A stretch of DNA of 64,000 bases from the human T2T-CHM13v2.0 reference genome, Homo sapiens: the NCBI RefSeq assembly GCF_009914755.1, contig NC_060940.1; one strand, 5' to 3'. Within the stretch, counting starts at the first letter, position 1. Each line of letters opens with the position of its first letter. The notes beneath the pieces were generated by a model that was given only the letters and a program-made list of their open reading frames with translations, had not been told where the DNA came from and did no database searches. This document shows positions 1 to 16,680 of this stretch, piece by piece. The position numbers were made by a program, and so were the translations under genes.

Positions 1-706
1 AAACAAAACAAAACAAAAAGAAAGGTACATATATGTGAGGAATCTTTTTGATTACCCTGGGTTTTTAAGATAATGTTCATAGAAGCAAAGCAAGTCAAAT
101 GAAGAACAACTGAGCAGGAAATGAGGGGGGAAAATACCCTCAGAGTAATAAGATTATCTCATTACACTTAAGTTTTGCTGATGCTTCAGGTTTCCTGGCT
201 AAGTTATGCAGAAGCATCTCTCTCTGAAAACCTTCTTGCTGCAGAACAAACCATGTTTAGTGTCTGTATGTGTCTCAACTTCCCGTCTGCACCTGGGGGA
301 TGGGAAAAAGGGCATGGTCCTTGCTTGTGTTTTGGAGTGAAAGAAACATTAAAGGTCTTGTAAACTTTACCAAGGATTCAACTTCCAACTTCCAACTACA
401 GGCAGCCACTGTGTTTTTTTTTTTTAATGTATAATCAAGATGTACTTTGATTTGGACTCTATTGCTATTTGACCTGTATATGCAGTTTCAAGATAGCCCC
501 ATACACCTGCCTGCAATGATCCTTCAGGAATAGAATGGGTTTCTGAGTTGAGGAACTTGGGAGTATACTGAGCCCTTTGTGTATTTTTATTAAGTTTCTC
601 TATTTATGCCAGGAGAAGGCTGTGGACGAAAAGTAAAGGAGGGTATACTGGAATCCTGATGTCCAAAGATTCCAGTGTTCAAGGATTATTTGAACCCTTC
701 AGATAT

Positions 707-902
707 CTCATTTTTGCTTTGTTCCTTCTGTCAGTCTTAGTAAAGGGTCCTGGAGTCAGAAGTTGCTGGGGCTTTCTTGGTTTCAGTGTCTACTTTTTAT
801 TTAAGCCCATGGGTTTGGGAACAGGGTCCCACCACAGCACTTCACTGGGCACCTCCTGATCCTGGCCATGTGTCCTAAAGTCTGGCAGTTCTTGCATGTT
901 CT
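707..902 (-). pseudogene. FAM90A-family zinc-knuckle exon relic
   Basis: After the acceptor ctcaacccacag, the minus strand reads RTCKNCQTLGHMARIRRCPVKCCGGTLFP (C-x2-C-x4-H-x6-CP). After a frameshift it continues MGLNKK*TLKPRKPQQLLTPGPFTKTDR. This parallels recalled FAM90A1 LKCKNCGAFGHTARSTRCPMKCWKAALVP..KENLKPWKP..NPGPLNKDK. In-frame TAA at 801-803. Confidence 0.8.
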
Positions 903-1275
903 CTGTGGGTTGAGGAGCAGGGAGGTCAATGAGTTAGCAGCAATCACAGGTGGCTTTCAGAGGTTCTTGTGAGGATATATTTTTGGATTTGGGTATTGGT
1001 TTTTCAGGACAGAAACAGACAAGTGGCCCATTAGGTGTCTGGAAATTCATAATGCAAAGTCATATCCACAACTTATTGTAAACAGAAACACAGAGAGAAA
1101 GAACCAGAGCATGCAAAGTTGATGATGATAATCCAGCTGAATGGGTCAGCTTAGATCATGGATGCTGAGCAGACTCTACAGATCATAGTGGGGCTCCCAG
1201 GGTGACTGAAGGGGAATGAGGTAGAGGGAGAGTTTCCCTCTTCAGCTGGACTTTTTGCTGCCTCAAAAATTCAGT

Positions 1276-1336
1276 TGATTGGGTTAGCTTTACATATGAT
1301 CTAATCAGTCCAATGCAGTCACATTTGATCTAATCA
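1276..1336. promoter_or_regulatory. Cluster of three double-homeobox (DUX-type) motifs
   Basis: TGATTGGGTTA at 1276-1286 (reverse complement TAACCCAATCA, matches DUX4 TAAYYYAATCA). TGATCTAATCA at 1297-1307 and again at 1326-1336. The motifs are seen directly; binding is inferred. Confidence 0.6.
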
Positions 1337-1928
1337 TCTCCCCCACTTTCAAGCTAGGAAAGGATATTTTATTTGGTGTTTATTTTTTCTCTGCATTATT
1401 ATCTTATCACATATGCCTACATCTAATATAATGAACTATAATTTGATATTTGTCATTTCCAAGCATTTGAGAAATTATAACATCTGTGTGTACAATTTTA
1501 ACACTACATATAATTTTCTTCATGTGCAAAATATATATACACATGTCAATATGTGGTCTGTCTAATTCTGCATCTTGAAATCTGGGCAGGGTCTTAAATA
1601 CTTCTAGGTGGGTATTGGAGCACAAATCAGATAAGCATAAGTTCCTTGCATTCCTGTTCCTGTGCCCCCAGCTTTGAATTCCTGCTTATTAACACGATGA
1701 TGGGGCTCTGCAAGTCTCCCCTTATCTGTATCTAGGTCCCCAGGGCATTCACTGATGGAAAAATTTCTTACTGAGGTCATGATGAGTGGCAGGAGGGAGC
1801 AGTCTCTTCAGCCAATAGGACTGACCCATGTCCAGCTTAAGGGCTTAGAAAAGCAGGTTCACAAGAACAACCTGCACCTGATTCTGGGCATGTGAGAGAG
1901 AGCAAGCACCTTTCACTGGAGCTTCACC

Positions 1929-3606
<1,678 letters not shown>

Positions 3607-4229
3607 GGGGTCGCCCAGGCCCTATTCAACAGAGGACACAGCTGTGTGAGTGAGAACAAAGACCTGCTACTTCTCAGGCAATTTTAGACACACTGTGTTA
3701 ATACATGACACAACTGGGGGCACTCTTGGGAAAGGAGTTTGAACAATATCCTCAAAGTGGAAACTGTGTTTCGTTTAGGTCTAAAACCACTGACAAATTT
3801 TGTATTTCATGTTAGACATTTGATGTTTTTGGATGTTTTATGACAGTCACGCATTTCTTTGTAATCAGAAAATATTAGGGTATAATCATTCATATGTGTT
3901 TGTGTATTGAAAAGTACAGCAAAATGAAGATATATGTAGATCCTCCCCCTATAAGTCAAAAAGACTGTAGCTCTTTTCTCTCCCACCCTGAGTCAATAAA
4001 GGACTGATATCTACTAACCTTTAATAGCATTCTCTATGGAGAAATGTTGGTATTTTTTCAATTTGAGGAAATGATAAAATCACCATGCTATTGTTTCATT
4101 TTCTTTGTTCTAAAACTTTCAGAATGTATTAAGTGCTTGTTGATCATATTTTTATTTATTCTTCAACCTGGATTATATTTTTTGCCTAATTTTAATCTTC
4201 CATTTTACAGATTTCAATTGAGCTTATTT

Positions 4230-4850
4230 TTTAAAACAGGTTGATTAAAGTATAATTAACTTTCAGTAAGCTGCACATATCTAAAAGGTTTATTTTGTTT
4301 TGATGTATGTGTATACCTGGGGAATCATCAACACAGTCAAGACAATGAACATATCAATTCCCCCCAGACATCTTATCATGATTACCCCCCATTGCAATTC
4401 TTCCTCTGCACTCCTTCCAACCCATCTCTAAGCAACCACTGCTTCCAGTAACAACAGACTGATTTTCACTTTCCAGAATTCTATATAAATAGAATCACAC
4501 AGCATAAGATCCATTCCCACTGTAGCAGGTATCAACAGTTCATTGCCTTTCAATGCAAAATTGCATTCTAGAGCTTTATTCATTCACTAGTTAAAGACCA
4601 TGTAAACTGTTTCTAGTTTTTGTCTATTACAAATAAAACTGGCATGAATATTCATGTACAAGTTGCTGAATAGGCATACATTACAATTTCTCTTAAGTAA
4701 ATACTTCAGAGTTTAATGTTTAAAAAAGGAAACAACCACCAAACTGTTATGGAAAGGGTGGCATCGTTACACATTCCCATGAAGACTGTACGAGGATTCC
4801 ATTTCCCCTGCATTCTCATCACATTTGGTGTAGTCCCTCTTTTTAATTTT
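4230..4850 (-). mobile_element. Old L1M (L1MC/MD-like) 3' fragment
   Basis: Diverged antisense L1 3'UTR motifs (catcaacacagtcaagacaatgaacatatc; gaatattcatgtacaagt). Confidence 0.6.
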
Positions 4851-4851
4851 T

Positions 4852-7800
4852 CTTTTTTTTTTAACTTTTATTTTAGGTTCGGGGGTACATGTGAAGGTTT
4901 GTTACATAGGTTGAAAATTTGTTACATAGGTAGATATATGTCACGGGGATTTGTTGTGCAGATTATTACATTACCCAGTTGTTAAGCCCAGTACCGAATA
5001 GTTACTTTTTCTGCTCCTCTCCCGCCTCCCAATCTCCACCCTCAAGTACACCCCAGTGTCTCTTGTTCCCTTTTTTGTGTCCATGTGTTCTCATCATTTA
5101 GCTTTCACTTATAAGTAAGAACACATGGTATTTGGTTTTCTGTTCCTATATTAGTTTGCTAAGGATAATAGCTGCCAGCTCTATCCATGTTTCTGTGAAA
5201 GACATGATCTTGTTGTTTCTTATGGCTGCGTCGCATTCCATGGTGTATATGTACCACATTTTCTTTATCCAGTCTGTCACTCATTTAGGTTGATTCCATG
5301 TCTTTGCTATTGTGAATAGTGCTGCAATGAGCATTCACATGTATGTATGGCAGAATGATTTATATTCCTCTGGGATATATCCAGTAATGGGATTACTAGG
5401 TCTAATGGTATTTCTGTTTTTCAGTCTTTGAGGAATCACCATACTACTTTCCACAATCGTTGAACTAATTTACACTCTCACCAACAGTGTATAAGTGTTC
5501 CCTTTTCTTCACAACCTCACCAGCATCTGTTATGTTTTGACTTTTTAATAGCCATTCGGACTGGTGTGAGGTGGTATCTCATTGTGTTTTGATTTGCATT
5601 TCTCTAGTGATCAGTAATATTGAGCTTTTTTTCAGATACTTGTTGCCCACATGTATGTCTTATTTTGAAAAGTGTGTGTTCATGTCATTTGCTCACTTTT
5701 TAATGAGGTTGTTTGTTTTTCTCTTGTAAATTTAAGTTCCTTGTGGATAAGAGACCTTTGTCAGATGCATAGTTTGCAAAAACTTTCTCTCATTCTGTAG
5801 GTTGTCTGTTTAATCTGTTGATAGTTTCTTTTGCTGTGCAGAAACTCTTAAGTTTAATTAGATACCATTTATCAATTTTTGCTTTTGTTGCGATTGCTTT
5901 TGTGTCTGTCATGAAATATTTGCCCATTCTTATGTCTAGGATGGTATTGTCTAGGATGTCTTCCAGGGTATTTTATAGTTTTTGGTTTTACATTTAAGTC
6001 TTTAGTCTCTTGTGAATTGATTTTTATATATGGTATAAGAAAGGGGTCCAGCTTCAGTCTTCTGCATATGGCTAGCCAGTTATCCCAGCACAATTTATTG
6101 AATAGGGATTCTTTTCCCCATTGCTTGTTTTTGTCAGCTTTGTCAAAGATCAGATGGTTGTAGCTGTGTGGCCTTATTTCTGGCCTCTCTATTATGGTCC
6201 ACTGGACTATGTGCCTGTTTTTTACCAGGACCATGCTGTTTTGGTTACTGTAGCCCTGTAGTATAGTTTGAAGTCAGGTAGCATGATGCCTCCAGCTTTG
6301 TTCTTTTTGCGTAGGATTACCTCGGCTATTCAGGCTCTTTTTTGGTTCCATATGAATTTTTAAATAGTTTTTTCTTGTTCTGTGAAGAATTTCATTGGTA
6401 GTTTGATAGGAATAGCATTGAATCTGTACATTGCTTTGGGCAGTCTAGCCATTTTAATGATATTGATTTTTCCTATTCATGAGCATGGAATGTTTTTCCA
6501 TTTGTTTGTGTCATCACTGATTTACTTGAGCAGTGTTTTGTAATTCTCACTGTAGGGGTCTTTCACCTTCCTGGTGAGCTGTATTCCTAGGTATTCTATT
6601 CTTTTTGTGGTGATTGTGAACGGGATTGCCTTCCTGATTTGGCTCTCAGCTTGGCTGTTGTTGGTGTACAGGAATGCTAGTGATTTTTGTATGTTGATTT
6701 TGTATTCTGAAACTTTGCTGAAGTTGTCTATCAGCTGAAGGAGCTTTTGGGCTGAGACCATGGAGTTATCTAGGTATAGAATTATGTCATCTGCAAACAG
6801 GGATAGTTTGACTTCCTCTCTTTCTATTTGAATGCCTTAATTTCTTTGTCTTGCCTGATTGCTCTGTCTGGGACTTTCAATACTATGTTGAATAGGAGTG
6901 GTGAAAGTGGGCATCCTTGTTTCTTGCTTGTTTTCCAAGGGAATGCTTCCAGCATTTGCCCATAGCTATAATGTTGGCTGTGGGTTTTTCATGGATGGCT
7001 CTAATTGTTTTGAAGTATGTTCCTTTGATACCTAGTTTATGGAGAATTTTTAACGTGAAGCAGTGTTGAATTTTATCAAAAGCCTTTTCTGCATCTATTG
7101 AGATAATAATGATGTTTTTGTCTTTGGTTATGTTTATGTGATGAATCACATTTATTAATTTATGTATGTTGAACCAACGTCCGCCTCCTGGGTTCCAGCG
7201 ATTCCAGTGGATTAGCTGTTTGATGTGTTGCTGGATTTGGTTTGCAACTATTTGTTGAGGATTTTTGCATCAGTATTTATCAAAGATATTGATCCTAAAG
7301 TTTTCTTTTTTGTTGTGTCTCTGCCAGGTTTTGGCCTCATAGAATGAGTTGGGGAGGCCTCCCTCCTCAATTTTTTGGAATAGTTTCAGTAGGAATAGTA
7401 CCAGCTCTCCTTTGTACATCTGGTAGAATTTGGCTGTGAATCCATCTGGTCCTGGGCTTTTTTTGGTTGGTAGGCTATTTATTACTGACTTGATTTTGGA
7501 GCTCATTATTGGTCTGTTCAGGGAATTAATTTCTTCTTGGTTCTGTCTTGAGAGGGTGTATACGTCCAGGAATTGATCCATCTTTTTTAGGTTTTCTAGT
7601 TTGTGTGCATAGAGGTATTTGCAGGCATTTCTGATGTTTATTTTTATTTCTGTAGGGTCAGTGGTAACATCTCTTTCATTATTTCCAATATATGTTTATT
7701 TGGATCTTCTTTCTTTTCTTCTTTATTAGTCTAGCTAGTGACCTATCTTATTAATTTTTTCAGCAAAGCAACTCCTGGATTTGTTGATCTTTTAAATGGC

Positions 7801-8100
7801 TTTTTCATGTCTTGATTTCCTTCAGTTCAGCTCTGATTTTGGTTATTTCTTATCTTCTGCTAGCTTTAGGGCTGATTTGTTCTTGCTTCTCTAACTCTTT
7901 CAGTCGTGATGTTAGGTTGTTAACCTGAGATCTTTCGAACTTTTTGATGTGGCTATTTAGTGCTATGAATTTCCCACTTAACACTACCTTAGCTGTGTCC
8001 CAGAGATTCTGATATGTTGCATCTTTGTTCTTATTAGTTTCAAAGAACTTCTTGATTTCTGCCTTAATTTCATTATTCACCCAAAAGTCATTCAGCAGCA
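4852..8100 (-). mobile_element. L1 (older L1PA, ~PA11-15), 5'-truncated
   Basis: Begins with poly-T and the L1PA 3' end. Broken ORF2 peptides in the ORF track ([30 protein letters not shown]). Confidence 0.93.
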
Positions 8101-8423
8101 TATAAGAAAAGCCATAGAAAGTACCTAAAATATGTAAATATGGACATAAGCAAATGGAAAATTACACATTTTTAGGTCGAAAAAATATTATGAACATCAG
8201 TTGTGCTTAAGCTAATTTATTAATTTAATTTTGTTCCAATACAGATACCATTAGGTATTAGAGGTAGGCATGTTATTGGGGAAAAAATCTTACAGATGCA
8301 AACACAAATAAGCCAAAAAAACTCTAAGGAAAAAAAATAAGATTGGCCATCCCTATGAGACATCTTGATTGATGAAAAGACTGAAAGACCATTGTAGCTA
8401 AAAATTCAGACACAGACCAAAGT

Positions 8424-8741
8424 TAAACAACAGAAATTTGAGCCTCACAGTTAAGAGAGCCTCACAGCTATTGAGGCTGTAAAGTTCAAGATCAATGCAT
8501 CAGCAAATTTGGTGTCTGATGAGAGCCCTATTTCTCATAGATGGTGTGTCCTCACATGGCAGAAGGGGCAACGGCACTCCCTTCAACCTCCTTCACAAGG
8601 GCACTAATTCCATTCATGAGGATGGTGCCCTCCTGGCTTATTCACTTCCCCAAAGATCCCATACCTCATACTATTACATGGGGGATTAAGTTTCCACATA
8701 TTAATTTGGAGATTGGGGCACACAAATATTCAGACTACAGC
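8424..8741. mobile_element. MaLR LTR (MLT1A/MST-like)
   Basis: aacagaaattt..tcacag, cctcacatggcagaagg, aagggcactaattccattcatgag, terminal attcagactacagca. Confidence 0.75.
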
Positions 8742-9845
8742 AAAGGGTTAAAAAGCAGTAAAAATTACAGTAGAGATAACATCATTAATACTTGGGGTTT
8801 GGGAATATGATGTTCCTATCACAAAAGCTAAAACAACAATGTATTTCTTACAACCTGTAACAAAATAAAGCTCCAATAAAAGGTAAATCTGTATAGCAAA
8901 AAAATAAATAAATAAGTTTTGATAAGGTTACAATGCTAACGGATTGTACAAGGAACTTTGAGGTTTCTGAGGATTGTCAGGGCCCCAGCATTCCCTCGTA
9001 TGATATTTTTCCTGAAGTTTCTGACACTCTTCCTCAAACTGAAAGTGAATAAAAATATTTTCCATGTCCTGAGTTCCACATATCCCCAGTGAAAAATGTG
9101 AGTCACTGAGAGAGACTCTCTGTCCCTTTCACATACTAGGGATTCACTCACTTTTCTCAGATGAATGCCACCACCCAAGCTGCTTGCCCACCTTCCCTTC
9201 CTCAGGATCTGAAGTTAGCTATGCTTCTCTGGTGAACTCTCATATTTCTGCTTGAATAAAAGCTCAGTGTGCCTCTCTATGCACTATTTTGCTATTTCCA
9301 ACGTGGAAGACAAAAAACAACCAGTATTCCTAATAGCCCCATCATGAATACTACTCATGTACATTTATAAAGGCATGATTAAATTCATTGCTTGATGTTC
9401 ACATGATGCCATTACTTTAGAGGGCAAAAACCACAACCAACCTAAAAATTCTATCACCCACTCTAATGAATGAACCACAATAACATGCGATCAGGCAGAT
9501 AAGTTTCCAAACATGTGGAATTCAAAATCTACATAGAAAATAAGTCATGCTATATGATTCCATGTATATAAGATACAAATAGTTGAAAGTACACATAAAT
9601 TATACTGTTAGGAGTCAGAGTCATGGTTACTCCTGGGATAGTGACTGGGAAGGGCACAAGGAGGTGGCTGGGGTCTGATGAAGTTCTGTTTTGCAACCTA
9701 AGACATGCACACAGAGGTGGGTTCACTTTGTTGAAATTTCATTTAGTTGTGCACTCATGGCCTGTGCAACTATTCCAACTTTTTTAAAAAAAATACATAT
9801 CATCAATTAAAACACAAAGAGGGAACATAAATGGATTAGTGATTT

Positions 9846-10151
<306 letters not shown>

Positions 10152-10949
10152 TAGTAATTTAATGCCTTAATGTTGTCAAAGTGGAGGTTGAAAGTATTAA
10201 ATAACTTTATACCATGATTAATATTTTAAAGTTTGTTGTAACCTCTGTTAAAAAGTAAGATCTACTGATATAACCCCCAAATAACAGAGTTAACTATGAA
10301 TTTTTAAAATATATGTATAACATAGAAGATGTTAAAATAGGAAGAATCAGAAAAGATGATGGGTATTCTGAAGAATACAGAAAGTTGGTATATCCAATGC
10401 CAAATATGACCTTTAAAATATTAAACGTAAATAGCTAAATTATGCCTGTCAAAGTCAAATATTATTTGACTATATTCAGTCAGATATTCCTCCAAGAGAT
10501 ACAACTAAAACATAATCTTTATATGTATTTATGTTTTAGTTATATATCTCTCGGAGTAGAAAAATTAGAAGATACATTATATGTAATTTTAACCAATTAA
10601 AATTAAAGTAGAAGAAGTAAAGATACATTATATGTGATTTTAACCAACTAATCAGTGAAGATGGTGATATATCAGATAAAAAAGACAATACAGTTAAAGT
10701 AGTTTAACATCATTATAATTAATATTATTTTTACATTTCTTAAAGTATAATCTTCCAATATTATTGCTTGATGAATAGCAAACATAGTCTGATTATCCCC
10801 ACACAGTTAGACATATGCAGGTGTTTTTCTGCATGTATCACCAATCCCTTGTAACGTCAGTTTCACAACTGTGCTTATAATTCTGTGGGGGATGAGTAAA
10901 CAACTGGACATTGTGCAAAAGTACACAGTATGCATATAAATGATAAAAT

Positions 10950-11799
10950 CAGCGGATTTTGTATTCTGTGTCAGGCAAAGCAGAGCCTGGAGACACCAGA
11001 GTCACAGCTGATGGAAACAAAAAGGCTGAGAGTTGGGGAACACACACCATTGTGAGCAGAAATGCTCACCAGCCACCGCCTAAGAGGAATAAAAGGAGCC
11101 AAAAATTGACAAAAGGAAAAGACGATGTAAAAGCATACATAAATGCTCCCCAGGACCGGTATGGTTTAGGTGACTCTGGACTCAGGGGAGGACCTGGACG
11201 GCAGGTGGGTCCCATGAGTGTGTTGGACCTGCAGCTTGTGCCGGCGCAGGATGAAAACCATGGAGCCTCTGGCCCAAGCCATAATTCCCAAATCCAAAAC
11301 ATCAGGGAATCAGAACAGCACTGCACACAGGGAGTGTGAGATTTTGACACGAATCATGGCATAACAGTATCCATTATCTATTTTCCTTGTGATGGCTGCA
11401 TTGAGTTATAGCCAGACGCATAAAGAGGAAAATTATTTACTAGTGTGTTTAGGATCCAGCATGAGAGAATCAAGTGTCCAATGAGCTCGGGAACTATTAT
11501 TCTGAGCTCTGCCCTACTGGAGTCCCTGGGGAAATAGCGATGGCCTGGAAGACACTCAGGCAGCAAGTGCTGCCAGGAGGAACACCCCTGCCCAGTCTCT
11601 GAAGGAAGAATAGAAGTTCACATGAAAAATCATTGAAGTTGTTCAAACCAAAGATGTCACTGTCTGCCAGATTTCTTTAGAGGGAATGACCAAGGAGTTG
11701 GCTATGATCAGGTGCATGAGAATCAAATCTGTGCACCTTAACCTGCACCCAGTGAGGAAAAGGGAGACATAATGATAAAGAAGAGAGTTTCCCAGAATT
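10950..11799 (-). pseudogene. Vomeronasal type-1 receptor (V1R) pseudogene
   Basis: The minus strand gives ILGNSLLYHYVSLFLTGCRLRCTDLILMHLIIANSLVIPSK, LILSCWILNTLVN and GSMVFILRRHKLQVQHTHGT..RSSPESRVT, collinear with the receptor at 17.3-18.2 kb. Many frameshifts and stops; the first ~20 codons were not found. Confidence 0.92.
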
Positions 11800-11919
11800 T
11801 ACAGAGTCAAATGTGTCAGTCTGTCTTCTGCTAAACAATCCATCATGGTTGAGTATCGTTGAACAAAGTGATTCCTGCACCTGCAGATTATTCAGGTGAT
11901 TATGACATGACCTCTCGGA

Positions 11920-12202
11920 CAGAGTATTCCAGAGAAACAAAACCAATTTAAATTGTTTAAATTTAAATAACTCAAATCATTGAATTAATAAATTATTCTA
12001 ATTTACTTAAAATAAATACATGCAATGTATTTATACATATTAATATTTAATAAATGTTTATTCATTTTAAGAAATTGGCTCATGTAACTATAGAGGCTGA
12101 GAATTCCCATTATCTGCTGCCTTCAAGTCAGAAACCCAGGACACTCAGCGGTGTCACTTGAAGGTTTGAGAACCAGGAGTGCTGAGGGCAATAGAAGATC
12201 CC
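11920..12202. mobile_element. MLT2 (ERVL) LTR fragment
   Basis: ccagagaaacaaaaccaat, an AT-rich tract, then aagaaattggctcatg..gaggctgagaattccca..gagaaccaggagtgctga. Confidence 0.6.
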
Positions 12203-12840
12203 TTCAGGAGTAGCCCCAGATAAGGGACCCCAAAGAGTGACTTCACTTCCTTGACAATAGACCCCAACAGAACTTGGAACACTGGAAACCAGGCACCCAC
12301 ATTCTAGAAACAGTCTCTTCCCAGCTCACTTGGCTGAAGACACTAAAGAGAACTAGATGTCATCCTGCTGATCCCAATTTCCTATGTTTCTGGCACCAGA
12401 AAACCCTGAATGATAGGTTTTTCTGAAGCTGCTGACATTGGGTCAGCCCTCAATATCATCACCTCTAGCCATGTTCAGGAGGTACTCAAAGGTAACACTG
12501 GCAGCTGAGAGCAGGCCAGTCAATGTCTGGCCACCACCCTAATCCCACCTGGACAGTCACACCCCACCTCCCTATGTGTGTTCGCACAGTGGGGGTGATG
12601 TCATGTGGGTCTGGCCTGTCCTGAGCAGACCCAGGTGTTGGGTTGTCAGAAACCCAGTGACCCATCACATTCACTCCTCAGATCATGGCTCAAAAGTCTA
12701 CAGAGCAGAGACAAGAGATTGACAAAGAGGTGTTGATGAGGTAATGTATTCCATTTCCCTAGGTGAAAGGCAGGCACACCACACTGTGAACAAGGACAAG
12801 TGCTGGACTGGAATGAGTGCAGGAGCAAAATGTTCTCTAA

Positions 12841-13141
<301 letters not shown>

Positions 13142-13220
13142 GTTATCTAATCCAGAACCTGGAGGGGGCTGGGGAAGGCCTTCTACTGAGACACTACTGT
13201 AAATGGCTTCATTCTGTACA

Positions 13221-13221
13221 A

Positions 13222-13255
<34 letters not shown>
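13221..13255. repeat. (CA)n microsatellite
   Basis: Read directly. Confidence 0.95.
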
Positions 13256-13258
<3 letters not shown>

Positions 13259-14029
13259 GGTGAACAAGTATGTAAACCTTGATATACAGATGTAGATATT
13301 CATTCTATTAGTTCTGTTTCTCTGTCTTCTTGAGTATAGCCATCTTAGTGGGTGTGAATTAACACTTCATTGTGGTTTTGATTTGAATTTCCCTAATGAA
13401 TAAGAATTCTGAGCATCTTTTCATGTGCTCATTGGCCATTTATGTTTTATTGCAATATCCTCATGCATTGTTATCACCAATAATTAAAACATTCTCTGGT
13501 AAAGTATTTTTCTAAGTTAATTTACTTATAAAAATTACAAAGGCATGAAGTGATTTACTCAATGAATGCTGTTGTCCCATTTAATTTTTCATGTCATATG
13601 TCATAATATGAGCTTATTCTCTCATTGGCATGTCCTGTATTTCTGAAATGAACTCTTTTCAATCATTTTGTATACCTGTATATTAATTATACATGCAAAT
13701 CCATGACTTACGCTTGCTTAGTTTTAAGTTTTGACATAATGTATGTATTAGGTATCTTATTATTTGACAGAAATCACTTTTTCCTCTAAGTTTTCTAATT
13801 TATTAGCATAAAGTTGTTTGTCTTAGAACGTAGACTTTTTAAAAATCTCCATGAAGTTTTAAATACTGTTTATTTTTTAATATTAAGTATATCTTTTCAC
13901 ATTTTTATTAACATTGCAGTAAGCTCTATTTTATCATTAATTTTATTTTATTCTATTCCATGTAATACTTATTCTAAATTTTTTACTTACATTATACTTT
14001 ATGATAACGCATTATTTAGGCTAAGCTTC

Positions 14030-14319
14030 TTTTATTTTTTTGAGACAGTGTCTTGCTCTGTTGGCCGGACTGGAGAGCAGTGGCACAATTTAGGCTTACT
14101 GCAACCTCCGCTTCCCAGGTTCAAGCGATTCTCCTCAGCCTCCCAAGTGGCTGGGATTACAGGTGCCCACCACCACGCCTGGCTAATTTTTGTATTTTTA
14201 GTAGAGATGGGGTTGTACCCTGTTAGCCAGGCTGGTCTCAAACCCCTGACCTCAGGTAATCTGCCCACCTCAGCCTCCAAAATTGGTGGGATTACAGGCA
14301 TGAGCCACCTCACCTGGCC
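14030..14319 (-). mobile_element. Alu (S-like)
   Basis: Antisense dimer with imperfect TSD aggctaagcttcttt/aggttaaccttcttt. Confidence 0.95.
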
Positions 14320-15236
14320 AAGGTTAACCTTCTTTTTATAATTTAATTTCAGAGTTTGACATCAAAAACACATATTGTCAGGCATCTTCTATTGTAGCAT
14401 TTGAATTTGCAGCCATCTAATTTTCTCTAACTACTTTTGAACAAATACAGTGTACAACTTGAATATGAAGAATTTTTATTGTCTTTTCATCTGAAAAGTT
14501 CTAAATATTAATTAGGAATATTGCTCAGTTTTTAGGTTTAGTATTTAAAATTGCTTCATAAGCTATTTAAAAATATTTAATAGTGGCAAGGTTAATCTCT
14601 ATGATTAAAATATTTTACATTCATTAAAGCTCCCTTTGTGATTGCATTATTTCAATCGTTCTATATTGCTGAGTAATGCAACACATAGCCCAATTTCGAT
14701 ATATGTCCATTAGGCCAAACTTATGCATTGTATTTTTCAAATATTTGAATTTTCAAGACATTTTACCTGCTTTACCTAACAATAATAAGAAAATGTCTGT
14801 GGAAATTTTTCACTTCAGCTACATGATTACCCCATTTGTTTTATGATTCTTTCAAATGGGCTTCCTTGAATATTTCAAGGCAGCAATTACCACCAACTCC
14901 CTAGAAAAAGGGAAGCATAAGCCTCCCCAGGGTCCCTGGCGTCGGCTCCTCCACCGACGGTGACTGGTTCCACCAGATTCACTTCCCAGAGGTCACCCTG
15001 ATGCTTATTTCTTCTGAACAGGCTAATTGGGATTATTGCTAATACAGCATAGTCTACCCTCACAGGGTCCCGAAAATTAGGCAGTTTTCTTGATGAGTCT
15101 CATATTCATCGGCTGTGAGTCAAATTCTAATGAAAACCTCTTTCTACAGTCCTGTGCTCATTTCACTCCACCCAGACCACTGCATCCATTTTTACCTTAA
15201 AATATTTGAAATGGACCACTCTCCTCCCACAAAAAA

Positions 15237-16680
<1,444 letters not shown>

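Noticed and set aside
1-700. Possible terminal exon/3'UTR of an upstream KRAB-ZNF gene (ATTAAA ~348)
   Set aside because: No coding evidence or splice structure visible in the window.
10568-10652. Short direct repeat aagatacattatatgt(a/g)attttaaccaa
   Set aside because: Two copies only; ordinary slippage duplication in AT-rich DNA, not an array.
13814-14341. 175-aa ORF and similar [15 protein letters not shown] ORFs across the window
   Set aside because: Alu-derived reading frames.
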